A stretch of 64,000 bases of DNA from Octopus sinensis (GCF_006345805.1 NC_043015.1:24056001-24120000); one strand, 5' to 3'. Shown: positions 25,993 to 37,960, numbered from the stretch's first letter. Made by a program: numbers and translations. The notes: generated by a model not told the origin, from the letters alone.

Positions 25993-26381
25993 CTCTTTTA
26001 CTCTTTTACTTGTTTCAGTCATTTGACTGCGGCCATGCTGGAGCACCGTCTTTAGTCGAGGAAATCGACCCCGAGACTTATTCTTTGTAAGCCCAGTACT
26101 TATTCTATCGGTCTCTTTTGCCGAACCGCTAAGTGATGGGGACGTAAACATACCAGCATCGGTTGTCAAGCAATGCTACGGGGACAAACACACACACACA
26201 TATATATATATACATATATACGACAGGTTTCTTTCAGTTTCCGTCTACCAAATCCACTCACAAGGCTTTGGTCGGTCCGGGGCTATAGTAGAAGACACTT
26301 GCCCAAGATGCCACGCAGTGGGACTGAACCCAGAGCCATGTGGTTGGTTAGCAAGCTACTTACCACACAGCCACTCCTGCG
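25993..26381 (-). mobile_element. Full-length tRNA-derived CORE-type SINE
   Basis: Minus head GCAGGAGTGGCTGTGTGGTAAG (A box), GGTTCAGTCCC (B box), CTTGGGCAAGTGTCTT (CORE-like), and a GTAAAAGA tail. Confidence 0.85.
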
Positions 26382-27167
26382 TCCCAAAAAGTTTTTTTAT
26401 CTCATTATACCTTTTATTTTTTCATATATTTTTATATTTTCACACATTATAATTTTTTCTGTACTCTTCCATCTTGCATTTTCTGTACTCTTCCATCTTG
26501 CATTTTTAGACGTGTATATAGATTAATTTGTACACGTATGTGAATATGTATGTGTGAGCGGGTGATGTATGCGTGTGCGCGGGCATAAGAATACATATAT
26601 ATAGACGTTTTTACTCAGTATTTTTACAATTTTTTCGGTTTGTTGGGGCGTATGTATAATCATTTTTGCGTATGCGTGTGTGTGTATGCGTATATAAACA
26701 TGTGTGGGTATGTATATATATGGGCGTGTGTGTGTATGCGTGCATAAGGGCATGTCCGTATATGAACGTGGCTTTCACGCTTTGTATAAATCCTTATTTT
26801 TTTCTGTATTGTTGTGTTTTTTTTTCTGTATTGTGTTTATTTCTGTATTGTTACCTTTAAAAAAGGTTTTTTCTTGTGCTTGTGCGTATATAGACGTATG
26901 TATGACCTTTACGGTACGCGTGTGTGTGTATGAGTTTGTATATATATGCGTATATATTTGGCGAAAAATCCGAGTGAAGATGTGTACGTTTTCATAGTGA
27001 CGTATAAGTACGCTCGTAGGAGCGCGAGTGCACATGTGAGCGTATGAGTAGCCGTTCTTATGTGTTTACTATGAACTTTTAATCTTAATTTATATGAGTA
27101 GCGGAATTATAACACAGTAATTTCCCTTTATATAACGGTATTTTTTCATACCATTTTTCAGATGGCC

Positions 27168-27230
27168 AGATAACCGAAGAGATAGTGTTGTGGATTTCCA
27201 CTTCGGCATCCGAAACTCGGAGTTTTATCT
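27168..27230 (+). ncRNA. Type-I hammerhead motif, CCGAAGA (U4C) core
   Basis: Stem I AGATAA/TTATCT; core 27174-27180; stem II GAT..GTGG-ATTT-CCAC..ATC; GAAA 27212-27215; stem III ACT-CGG-AGT; GUU site. Confidence 0.65.
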
Positions 27231-27359
27231 TGTGGAGTTTAGGATTTCTTGGTTTCTGTGAATCAATTTTGATAATTTCCCAGCTGTTTTCCACTCTATG
27301 GCAATACCATTGTTATGTTGTCATTATTCTGAGTAACATCCTTTGTTTTATTTTTCATA

Positions 27360-27840
27360 TTTCTGATACTCCTTCAGGAGATTGCAGTAGGCAGCTGCGA
27401 TCACTTTCATCTCTTCAGGCAACCTGACTGGGCCAACAAGTCTGTCCCCAATGATACCAGACCATAACATGACTCCTCCGCCCTACTGTTGACGTCGTAA
27501 ACATTGGTGACACGCATCTCCAAAATAGACCCAACCACCTGCGAAACCGTTACGTCTGTCAAAGTCCACCCTGGTTTTGTCAGTGAACGCCATGTTCTTT
27601 AAGGGCCCATTGAAGCCTCAGTCTCCTGTAACGAGAAAGTTTCAGGGGTTCCCACACCAAATCCATGGTAACCGAGGATGCGATTTCTGGTGGTACATGA
27701 TGAAGTACCGAGGCGGTGAAAATGGTTTTGCTTGTTTGTTCAGGTTTCCCACGTAACTTAAGGCCAATGTTCCTTAAATCCTTAGCTGTCAAAGTCTTAG
27801 TGGTTCCGCGATCGGATCATTTTTTTTCCATAGCGTTCAT
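27360..27840 (-). mobile_element. Tc1-like transposase relic
   Basis: Broken frames read LRLQWA, FTDKTR, RRQQ*GGGVMLWSGIIGDRLVGPVRLPEEMKVIAAAYCNLLKE. Confidence 0.8.
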
Positions 27841-28144
27841 GTGGCTAAATAATTCATTATGTCAATAAATGCTATGATGTTACTATGGTTTCCTGTTAGA
27901 TATATACGTAATGTATGCTTAACGTATTATTAGCCTTCATTTACAATGTGCTATTTTCATTCGTGGTTCACCAAAAAACTGAAAAATGGGACCCCCCCCC
28001 CAAAAAAAAGGACGTTACATAGAATAATGAAGGCAAGGCAATATTGTTGCCATAGTGTGCAAAAACAACTGGTTTATCAAAATCGATTCACAGAACCAAG
28101 AAATCTTAAATTTTACTCCTAAGCTATTAGCGTAGTTCTGGGTG

Positions 28145-28182
<38 letters not shown>

Positions 28183-28183
28183 A

Positions 28184-28227
<44 letters not shown>

Positions 28228-28789
28228 TCGCGGTACAGACAAACAGGAAAAATAACGTGAAGTACAATTTAATATAATGTAATATGATATATATGATTAT
28301 AAGGAAAATATTTTCTCCAATGCATAGACATCACTTTGAAGAGCTCAAGATATTAAACCTGAGGTAAGAATCAAAGTTAGGCAAATCAAGTTCGCGCATA
28401 CACTTTAATGTTTGCTGGAACTGGAGACGTTCTTATAAAGTCAAGATTAGTTTCGCGGAAAAGATTTGCTATTTTGGTTTTCAGTTTACCATCACGTATA
28501 TAGAATAAATATTCTCTCTCCGCATGTCCTTAATTGTAGAGCCTGATTATAGTAAGGAGCATGAATACTAAATATTTCCTGGGTAGCTGATGAAATAGAG
28601 ACTCTTATTGAAATGCCTGTAATTATGCTGTCAAGGGGTATTCTAGGATGGTTTGAAGGGACATTTATATACTGCAACGTTAGGTTTGTTTTATGAAATG
28701 TATAGTATAAATTTGTATTCATATAGAGTGTAAGATCCAAGAAATTTAAAAACTTGGTATATATATATATATATATATGATCTCGCGTG

Positions 28790-28978
28790 TACCGTTGGCG
28801 ATTTTTTCCTCTGTCTTCCCTTCTCTGGATCTTTCCTTCTCCTATGTTTCCGACGAAAAGCTCCGCTCGAAACGTTAAACCCTCCTTCTTTCCTTCTTTC
28901 CTGCCTGTCCAATAATACCATATTTGTTCCACGTCCTCGCGTTGTTGTGTTTTTTTGTGCTTTCTTGTTTGGATTAAC
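28790..28978 (+). mobile_element. Short hammerhead-bearing Penelope-type unit, copy 1 (motif at 28846-28880)
   Basis: Near-identical to 31690-31876. GTTT CCGACGA A AAGC-TCC-GCTC GAAA CG TT AAAC. Ends at (TA)n. Confidence 0.65.
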
Positions 28979-28984
28979 TATATA

Positions 28985-29219
28985 TATATTGGTAAAACGG
29001 TAAGATAATAAAAGAAAGAAAGAGACCTCAATATTATGTAAATAGAGGAAATTTATCTATACAATAATATGTTACATTACTCGATAGTCAAGATAAAACT
29101 CTGAGTTTCAGATGCCGAAGTGGAAATCCACAACACCATATCTTCGGTGTTGTGGATTTCCACTTCGGCATCTGAAACTCAGAGTTTTATCTTGACTATC
29201 GAGTAATGTAACATATTAT

Positions 29220-29222
<3 letters not shown>
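28985..29222 (-). mobile_element. Penelope-type pLTR with a perfect 77-bp-arm fold-back (29061-29137 / 29146-29222)
   Basis: Arms checked base by base as reverse complements; spacer ATATCTTC. Confidence 0.9.
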
Positions 29223-29251
<29 letters not shown>

Positions 29252-29254
<3 letters not shown>

Positions 29255-29611
29255 TTTTACTTGTTTCAGCCATCTGACTGCTTCACTGCTGGAGCACCGC
29301 CTGTAGTCGAACAAATCGACCCCAGGATTTATTCTTTGTAAGCCTAGTACTTATTATATCGGTTGCTTTTGCAGAACCGTTAAGTCACGGGGAGGTAAAC
29401 ACACGAACAACGGTTGTCAATGATGGTAGGAAACACACACACACACACACATATGTATGCGATGGGCTGCTTTCATTTTCCGTCTACCAAATACACTGAA
29501 ACGGTTTGGGTCGGTTCGAGAACACTTGCCCAAAGTTCCAGGCTGTGCGACTAAACCTGGAATTGTGTGGTAGGGGAAGCAAGTTCTTACCACGCAGCCA
29601 TGCTTGTGCCT
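29252..29611 (-). mobile_element. tRNA-derived CORE-type SINE, diverged
   Basis: Colinear with 25993-26381. Confidence 0.85.
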
Positions 29612-30138
29612 TACAAAATATGGAACGCTTCACAAATTGTTAAAAAAAGAAACCGCAGATTTGATATGTAATTATTCTGCAGACTGAATTTCACCATTCA
29701 TTTCAAATTCTACAAATGCCTCATTGAAAAAGAAAATAAAAACTATATACGTATATTTGGTTACCGTGAACATACATAAGTGCTTTACGAGAACACCGCT
29801 TGCATTATAATACATTATGTTCACCATGTATGTAAATATCTATGTATCATGTTATATAATATATTATATTAAAATGTACTTCCTATTGTTCTTCCTGCAT
29901 GTGTGTACCACCATTTTAGCGTGAACACTCCCTTGTGGGAAATAAATTGCTGGGACCTAATATCTTTGAGACAATCTTTCGATTAAAATAATTTGCATCA
30001 TTTCTCGCTTCACTAAAACTCTTAAAAACCGAATACATTCGTTGCTAAATTCAGTAAAATGGAAAAGCGTTTGCATGTACCACGTACTCGCGTTGTTGAA
30101 TCTTTCTCTCCTTGTGTTTTTTCTTCGTTTATTTTTGA

Positions 30139-30180
<42 letters not shown>

Positions 30181-30294
30181 AAAGTAATTAAGATTCAAGT
30201 GAGTTCTGTTGAAATCACATGAATGAGGTACTTAACTTAGATGCACCAGAAATCTATATGGTATTAACCATAAGATAATGCGGGGTGATTATAT

Positions 30295-31647
30295 AAGCAA
30301 GAAAAAAGCAACAAAAATGGATCAATATTTCGGTACAATTGCTTCGTACGAAGACACCTTTATTAAGGCTGCAAATATTGCAGCAAATACACGTAGCCCG
30401 TACTCATCAGCCGAAAAACATCTGAGTTCTCAAAACATCTAAGGGGATGAGGCTACACTCATGAAACATTCGGGATAGTTCTATAAAAATCAGATTTAGA
30501 TAATAAACGGACATCCCAAATTCTCTAATGTTGCAGAGTCAAATAACAGGCTTTAAAAAGTATGGTTATTTTCTCTCTAAATGTACCAGATTTGGAACAT
30601 AAAGATATAAATTTAGTGGCTAAAAACTTTCATTCTAATAGAATATATAGATAATTTAAATTAATTTAATCTAAATTTTTCTAATTTAGGTAAACCAACT
30701 TAAAGCTAAGAAGTTAATAAAACTTAGTAATTCTTATATACTATAAGTAAATTAAAGCTAATCCCATAGAAATAATATAACGATTTTTAATTATGATAAA
30801 CAATACTCCCAATTCTTTCTTTTGTCCCAAAGTCTGCCAAGGTATAAGTAGTAACATTAATAAATAAAGAAATAAATTGAATGACCTCTTTTCTAGTGTT
30901 GCACTGAAATCTATTAATACTTTTTCCTATAATGATAACCTTTTGACCCGCCTTTACCTTCCCTTGTCCTCTCTATATAGCAATTAACAACAGAATGCTG
31001 GTCAAGATTAACTTTCTTTCTTTAAAACTCTTAGATTCTTACAAATTCTAACCCAGTCAACCTGTCTCCACTGAAAAAAACTATTCTGCATAGGTGGATA
31101 TTTACAATCACAATCCCATTCCTTCTCAGTTATCCTTTATACCCTTTGTGAGTGATTGTCTATACGCTCCACTAAATTTCCTTCAACAAATTCTAACATA
31201 ACAGTTTTGTAAAATGATCAGAAATGCAAACAGCATACCTTCATACATCAGGAAACCCACTTTATTATGAACTAATTATGGATCGTCTGTGAGTATGAAA
31301 TCTCTCCTCATATCTCCAGAATTCAAACATTCGTCATTATTATAGATGGATTTACATTTTCAATTTTTGTGAAACTAAGAGGTTTTTTAAAATACTTTTT
31401 TAAAGCCTGTTATTTGACTCTGCAACATTAGAGAACTTTGGATGTCCGTTTATTATCTAAATTTGATTTTTATAGAACTATCCCGAATGTTTCATGAGTG
31501 TAGCCTCACCCCCATAGATGTTTTGAGAACACAGATGAGTACGGGCCACGTGTATTTGCTGCAATATTTGCAGCCTTAATTAAGGTGTCTTCGTACGAAA
31601 CAATTGTACCGAAATATTGATCCATTTTTGTTGCTTTTTTCTTGCTT
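30295..31647. mobile_element. Inverted pair of hammerhead-bearing Penelope-type pLTRs (30295-30563 minus, 31392-31647 plus) around an ~830-bp spacer
   Basis: Arms are reverse complements apart from scattered substitutions and a 14-bp indel. Hammerhead at 30328-30416 on the minus strand. Confidence 0.8.
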
Positions 31648-31689
31648 GTATATATATATATATATACAACATGTGACCTCGTGAGCACC

Positions 31690-31875
31690 GCCAGCAATTT
31701 TTTTCCCTCTGTCTTCCCTTCTCGGGATCTTTCCTTCTCCTTTGTTTCCGACGAAGAGCTCCGCTCGAAACGTTAAACCCTCAGTCTTCCCTTCTTTCCT
31801 GAGCGTCCAATAATACTTTATTTGTTCCACGTCCTCGCGTTGGTGTGTTTTTTTGTGTTTTCTTGTTTGGATTAA

Positions 31876-31876
<1 letters not shown>
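31690..31876 (+). mobile_element. Short hammerhead-bearing Penelope-type unit, copy 2 (motif at 31744-31778)
   Basis: GTTT CCGACGA A GAGC-TCC-GCTC GAAA CG TT AAAC. Flanked by (TA)n. Confidence 0.7.
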
Positions 31877-31970
<94 letters not shown>

Positions 31971-32085
31971 TGTCCATCTGTCTATTTAGCCATGTACTTA
32001 CGTCATTACCTTTCTCTACCTCTTTCCTATCTATCCATCTAGCAGTCTTGATATGTATGTATATGTGTGTATGTATATGTGTATG

Positions 32086-32132
<47 letters not shown>

Positions 32133-32539
32133 CATACATGTACATATATATATATATAGAGAGAGAGAGACATACAGACATAAATAGATATAGATACACC
32201 AACACACGCATGCATACAAACATACGTACATACATACATACATACATACATACATACATACATACATACATACATACATACATACATACATACAAACATA
32301 CATGCATGCATGCATGCATGAATACATACATACTAACAAAGAAACTGGAAATATAAGACGTGTTGAAAAGCGAAAAAAAAATGTTGCTTTCAGTGTAGAC
32401 ATATCCATTACTTAAAAATGTAAGAAGAAACAGTCTTGAGTGACAAGAGGTGAAATCACCCAAGAAATATGTAAAAAAAATGTAGGCTGGATACTATTCC
32501 CAAACTTTCAGAAATGCTTATCGCTCTTAGCCAAAAAGT

Positions 32540-32700
32540 CCAACGTAATCTTGGATTATTTACATTATTTACTTTTGACGGATATTTGTCCTCATCGTGT
32601 TTGTTGTTAACACTACTTTTCGACTGATATACCCTCCAGCCTTCATCGGGTATCTTGGGGATATTTCGAACCTGAGTTCTTAATCCTAAGTTATTTTTCG
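32540..32700 (-). mobile_element. Penelope-type pLTR fragment with hammerhead-like motif at 32610-32652
   Basis: Minus strand: TAC CCGATGA A GGCTG-GAGGGTATAT-CAGTC GAAA A GTA GTG. Confidence 0.5.
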
Positions 32701-32724
32701 ATGTTATTATTATTATTATTATTG

Positions 32725-33015
32725 TGAGCTCGAATCCCGGACCGGGCTGCGTGTTGTGTTCTTGAGCAAGGCACTTTATTTCACGTTGCTCCAGTTCACT
32801 CAGCTGTAGAAATGAGTTGCGACGTCACTAGTACCAAGCTGTATCGACCTTTGTCTTTCCCTTGGATAACACTGGTGGCGTGGAGAGGGGAGCCTGGTAT
32901 GCATGGGCGACTGCTGGTCTTCCATAAAAACAACCTTGCCCGGACTTGTGTCTAGGAGGGTAACTTTCTAGGTGCAATCCCATGGTCATTCATGACCGAA
33001 GGGGGTCTTTACCCT
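32725..33015 (+). mobile_element. CORE-type SINE (second family), 5'-clipped, inserted in an ATT tract
   Basis: GAGCTCGAATCCC B-box, then GTGTTCTTGAGCAAGGCACTTTATTTCAC CORE-like block. Confidence 0.7.
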
Positions 33016-33691
33016 TTTTTACTATTATTATTCAGATCACTGCTTGGAATCGAACTCAGAATCTTGATGTTAGTAGACCGTGCTCTTAACCACTATGCCA
33101 TTATGTAAATAATGTACATAATTACTCATCTCTTAAATATACAACTGTATAATCTTCGATGTTTAAAATATCTAATGTTCTCAAAGTACAATTAAAACGC
33201 AGGTTCAAACAAGGAATTAACATCCAACGTAATGAAAATATATAACTATAGTTACTGTAATATAAAGTTGAAGTTAAACACATTGGCCCAAATCAAATGC
33301 TGACAAATAACCCAGACCACTGAGCCAGTCCTAAGCCCAACCCTTATATCCAAAACGTGAGCCGCCACGTTATTGCAAAATTTGACACGAAACCATAAAC
33401 CGAACAAAAAATATCTCAGCCTAAACACTAGCTCAAACACCATAACACTAACCTTTATACTATAACTATGTGTAAAACAAAAACTCTGACCTGGATTACT
33501 AACAGCAACACTAATTGTAAATCGTGACTACAGGGAAACGTTTTCAAAGAAATATATTCTTGCAATGAAAAAGACATATTATTTTGCGTTTTGAGAATTT
33601 TCTGTTTCGGCGCTTCATGCTCACGAAATCCAATACATACATCTATGCATATGTTAGATACACTCATTCATATAAACTCACACATACAACC

Positions 33692-33735
<44 letters not shown>

Positions 33736-33804
33736 CTACTCTTTGGGCTTAACATTCTGCACCTCTCCTGCTTTAATTTCCTACTCTTTGGACTTACATA
33801 GCCT

Positions 33805-34150
33805 TTTCTTCTCTAGGCATAACGGCCCGAAAATTATGGGGAGGGGGCCAGTCGATTAGATGCACCGCAGTACGTAACTGGTACTTAATTTATCGACTCT
33901 GAAAGGATGAAAGGCAAAATCGATCTCGGCGAAATGTGAACTCAGAACGTAAGGACATATGAAATACCTATTTCTTTACTATCCACAAGGAGCTAAACAC
34001 AAAGAGGACAAACAAGGACAGACAAACGGATTAAGTCCATTATATCGACCCGAGTGCGTAACTGGCACCTAATTTATCGACCTGGGCGGAATTTGAACTC
34101 AGAACGTGACGCCAGACGAAATAGGGCTATGCATTTCGCCTGGCGTGTTA
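33805..34150 (-). mobile_element. Dimeric tRNA-derived SINE
   Basis: Two tandem units sharing GTACTTAATTTATCGAC and GAACTCAGAACGT. Reverse complement of the 62037-62416 arrangement. Confidence 0.8.
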
Positions 34151-34559
34151 CCGTTTCTGCCAACTCACCGCCGTATCGTAACTACTTCCCGAACTTTCTG
34201 CACCTCTCCTCATCTACATGCCAGCACTCCACTCGGATTACCAGTGGAAATGCTGACTCTACTTTCACGGATGTCACTAGATTTTTTCTGTTTATATTTA
34301 TGTGTGTAAGTGCTTTGCGTGTGTGCATTTGTGCGCGAGTGTGTGATGGATTACCTGAGTTTATGTATGCGTGTATATATGCATACATACACACTCTATG
34401 TACAATGTTTAAATTTGTAAGCACTTTCATTGATCCATTTGAAATTATTTTCACAGAGATAATTGAATTCAGAAATCGAGATCAATTCGGAATATTTTAG
34501 CAATAAATATGTTACGTCAACTGTTAACCTTCGTCGGACTTTTCTTCTTATCTTCTTTG

Positions 34560-34660
34560 TTGCTTTCACATTTCGGCTGTTGTACGCTCCAGCCTTCTTC
34601 AGGTGTTTTGTGTTGAACTCAGTTATTCCATCGGTATTTCGAAGCTAAACTTTATTTGAT
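34560..34660 (-). mobile_element. Penelope-type pLTR fragment with partial hammerhead (34565-34606)
   Basis: Minus strand: ACAC CTGAAGA A GGCTG-GAGCGTACAA-CAGCC GAAA TG. The stem I partner is lost. Confidence 0.5.
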
Positions 34661-35594
34661 CTCCACGAGTACAGTGTTCTCATTCCGCTCCCTACAGCTA
34701 TATCTCACTAGATAAAGACATTTGTCAATACAGAGCAGTCACCTAGCGGTTGATGAGTTCAATCACACGAAAAGCGCTCATGTAATTCACATAACTAAAG
34801 CGAAAGAAGACAATAATGTCACAAGGCATAGAGATCGGAATGGGATCAATGCAACTCTGTAGCTGAAATAAAGGGTTCGGTTCGAAATTCTGAAACAATA
34901 AGTGAGTGCGACAAAAGACACTGGAAGAAACCTGGAACATATAACAGTGGAAATGTAGTGAGAGCAACAGTCAAGATGAGGACCTCAATCCACCCAATGT
35001 ACGCAGTGTGTGTGATATAAATTCCTCATCACAGTAATATAGTATCCAATAAATGTTTTCTATTTGATGATTTTCTTTTCCAGTAGAAACACACACACAC
35101 ACTTACGCATGTGAGTACGTGTGCGTGTTTGTATTTGAGTGTGTGTCTACGTGAGTGTTTCTGTGTGTCTTTGCGTGTGACTGTCTGTGTAATATATATA
35201 TAGGACAATTTACAACAAACACAGGATTAGATTATTAGTTTCGACGTAAGATTCATCATCGCGTTTGGTTGAAAACCTACATTGGCAGTTCCAAGGAACT
35301 ATAATAATGAACCGTAAATAGGAAGTAATATTATAATCTTATCATTATTCCCAGTTTTCTAACATTTGCACTGTATAACATAGCTAGAAATACAATAAGT
35401 AGTAGCTTAACACAATACTGAAAGCAGCGGTGGCTGCGATATTCTATGGGGAGATATTAACTTGACTGTAATAGCTGCAGGTTTATTTGTACACAAAGGA
35501 TACACTGCATATGTATATAGACATATATACGACTGTATACACAGACATATATTTGTGTGTGTGTATATATATGTGTATGAATATAAATATACAT

Positions 35595-35625
<31 letters not shown>

Positions 35626-36099
35626 GAAAACATAAACCAGAGAGGCACACTCTGAGAAGAGCAATCTATATTTATTATGGGAAATCCACCGTCGAGGTCT
35701 GTACATTAATGGAACGAAACACTGCAATCTGTTAGTGGCTGAACGCATGCAGATCCTGAAAAAGCTCGCACGTACCTGGGACCATACTGAACTGCAGAAC
35801 GGAGATTTTCGGGCCGTGCTTGCATTTCGGGAGATTCCTGAGAACCGCATAATAGTGATAATAGGGTTATTAGCGATAATTACACCATAGCTGGAAATTG
35901 ATTGCGGAGGAGAGTGGGAGATAGCCCCCATAATTTTGCGCTCATAGCCGAAAGGCGGCGTAGCTGAAATAGGACGACACAGACGGAAGCCGATGACCAG
36001 GAGGAAAGGGAGATAATCCCCATTGTTTATATCTGTATCGTTTCCCCCTCCATAAATATATATATATATATGTGTGTGTGAATATATATATATATGAAG

Positions 36100-36888
36100 T
36101 CATAACGAAACTAGTTTTTAGGTAACACTAATAGAGATTTCTTATTTTCTTGTCATAATTCTTATTTTCCAGAGCGTCGTTCGTTTGACTGTTGAAGAGA
36201 GAGCTTAGATAGCAGCACACTTTGAAGTGTAGAATACCATTGTTTGGGTTCAGAGATGGTGGTGTGCATGGAAAAGTGAGCATTCAACACTACGTCCGGA
36301 GATGATAAAAAGTTGTCATGCAAAGTTGATGACTACGGGCTCTGTGAACGATGCAAGTAGAAGACGCCGGCCAACCACATCCCGATCAGCGGAGAACGGG
36401 ACAATAGTATATGAGATGTTTATCGCTGCTCGTGAAAGTGGACTAACAAGACAAACAATAATACGTAGGGTGTTGCATAAAGAACTGAATTTTTGTCTGT
36501 GGAAACCCTATTACGTACAGGAGCTAAAACCTAAAGACTGTGACCGAAGAAGACCAGCAGTCCAGATCTGACTCCGTGTGATTTTTCCGTGTGGAGTTCC
36601 ACAAAAGAGGAGGTGTACAAGACAAAGTCTCACACACTGGAGGACTTGGAGACACGCATTCAGGAGGTTCTCAGTGATATCTCAGACGACGTCCTAGAGA
36701 AGGTTGTTCATTCCATCCCTGGCCGTTTGAGAAAACTTCTTGACGCCACCGCTGCTTAGCTTGAAATATAAAGATTTACTTTCCTTTACCCATCTACTAA
36801 AGGAAACGTATAAATGGTTTTAATAAATTTGTAAAAGGAATATGTATTTTATTACCAATTTTAATGCCTACTTACTTTTCATCCAGTC

Positions 36889-36890
<2 letters not shown>
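36100..36890 (+). mobile_element. Tc1/mariner-superfamily (maT/DD37D-like) internal-deletion derivative
   Basis: N-terminus RLTVEERA.IAA.FEV..VQRWW..LMTTGSVNDA.R..RP and LHKELNF..WKPYYVQEL is joined near 36550 to SPDLTPCDF.VW..KEEVYKTK..LEDLETRI. TIR-like end CTTACTTTTCATCCAGTCTG. Confidence 0.75.
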
Positions 36891-36931
<41 letters not shown>

Positions 36932-37041
36932 ATATATATATATATGTATACACACACAATTACATTTATAGATTTTTCATTGTTTTCAAAAATATCTTTT
37001 AAACATTCATAAAAATAGTTGTAATAATATAATTAATGAAA

Positions 37042-37402
37042 ATAAGAGCACTCAGTGAGCGCAAACATGCGCGAAAGCAACAGTAACGTACTCTCAACGA
37101 TTAGCTGGGGCAGAGTTTTAAAATGCGAATGTCTTAAACAGCCTCGGCGGCTTTCAAAAACGAGAATATTAGACATGAACACGACTGCTCTCAAAACTTA
37201 AATTTAAAACATCAAGAAAAAATGTCCAGTACCATTGTCCGGTGCCAGATCGATTCCACAATCTAATCAGTTCGTGATAGTCACGTGGCAAAACATCCCT
37301 GAAAGTTTCGTCGGAATCCATCCAGCGGTTATTGAGATATCATGGACAAACAAACAAGCACGACTGAAAACAATACCTCAGCCTTAGCTAAGGTGGAGGT
37401 AA
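37042..37402 (+). mobile_element. Helentron/HINE-like non-autonomous element
   Basis: Starts ATAAGAGCACTCAG. Ends with the hairpin ACCTCAGCCTT-AGCT-AAGGTGGAGGT, then AA and (TA)n. Confidence 0.5.
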
Positions 37403-37565
<163 letters not shown>

Positions 37566-37960
37566 AGTGTGTGTGTGTATGTCTTTTTGTTTATATATGA
37601 CCAAAAGTATCAACTTCAATCAATGTTTTTACTCATTTCGTTAATTTTCTCCCAATAATTCCCCTTTAATGAACCTCTAAACCTATCGCAAGCATAAATT
37701 TAATCAAGTTGTCAATATTTCTGTCGTTAGAAGCTGAAATCTCTCATAAATTCTTAGCAAAGATTATGAAAGCTAATTGAATTTTGCCGGATTTTAATTT
37801 TTGTTAATTTTGTTTCGTTCTTTCAAATTATTGTAAATGTTGATGTTTCTGAATTTTTTCTACTTATCCTTTGAAATTTTTTTCTTTTTTGTTGAATTTT
37901 TATTGGAAACCTACCAACTAATCAGTCACACATGCAAGACACACATAGATGCACACATGC

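Larger units (their letters stand above)
25616..27300 (+). mobile_element. 5'-truncated Penelope-like element: GIY-YIG end (25616-25945), TG-rich 3' UTR interrupted by a SINE, hammerhead-bearing pLTR
   Basis: KYVGLTEGNFKASFNNHTLSF..LSNRIWSIK..WKILA..CGLC..E..I..LNSRTELFGSC..KFLL. Hammerhead at 27168-27230. Confidence 0.8.
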
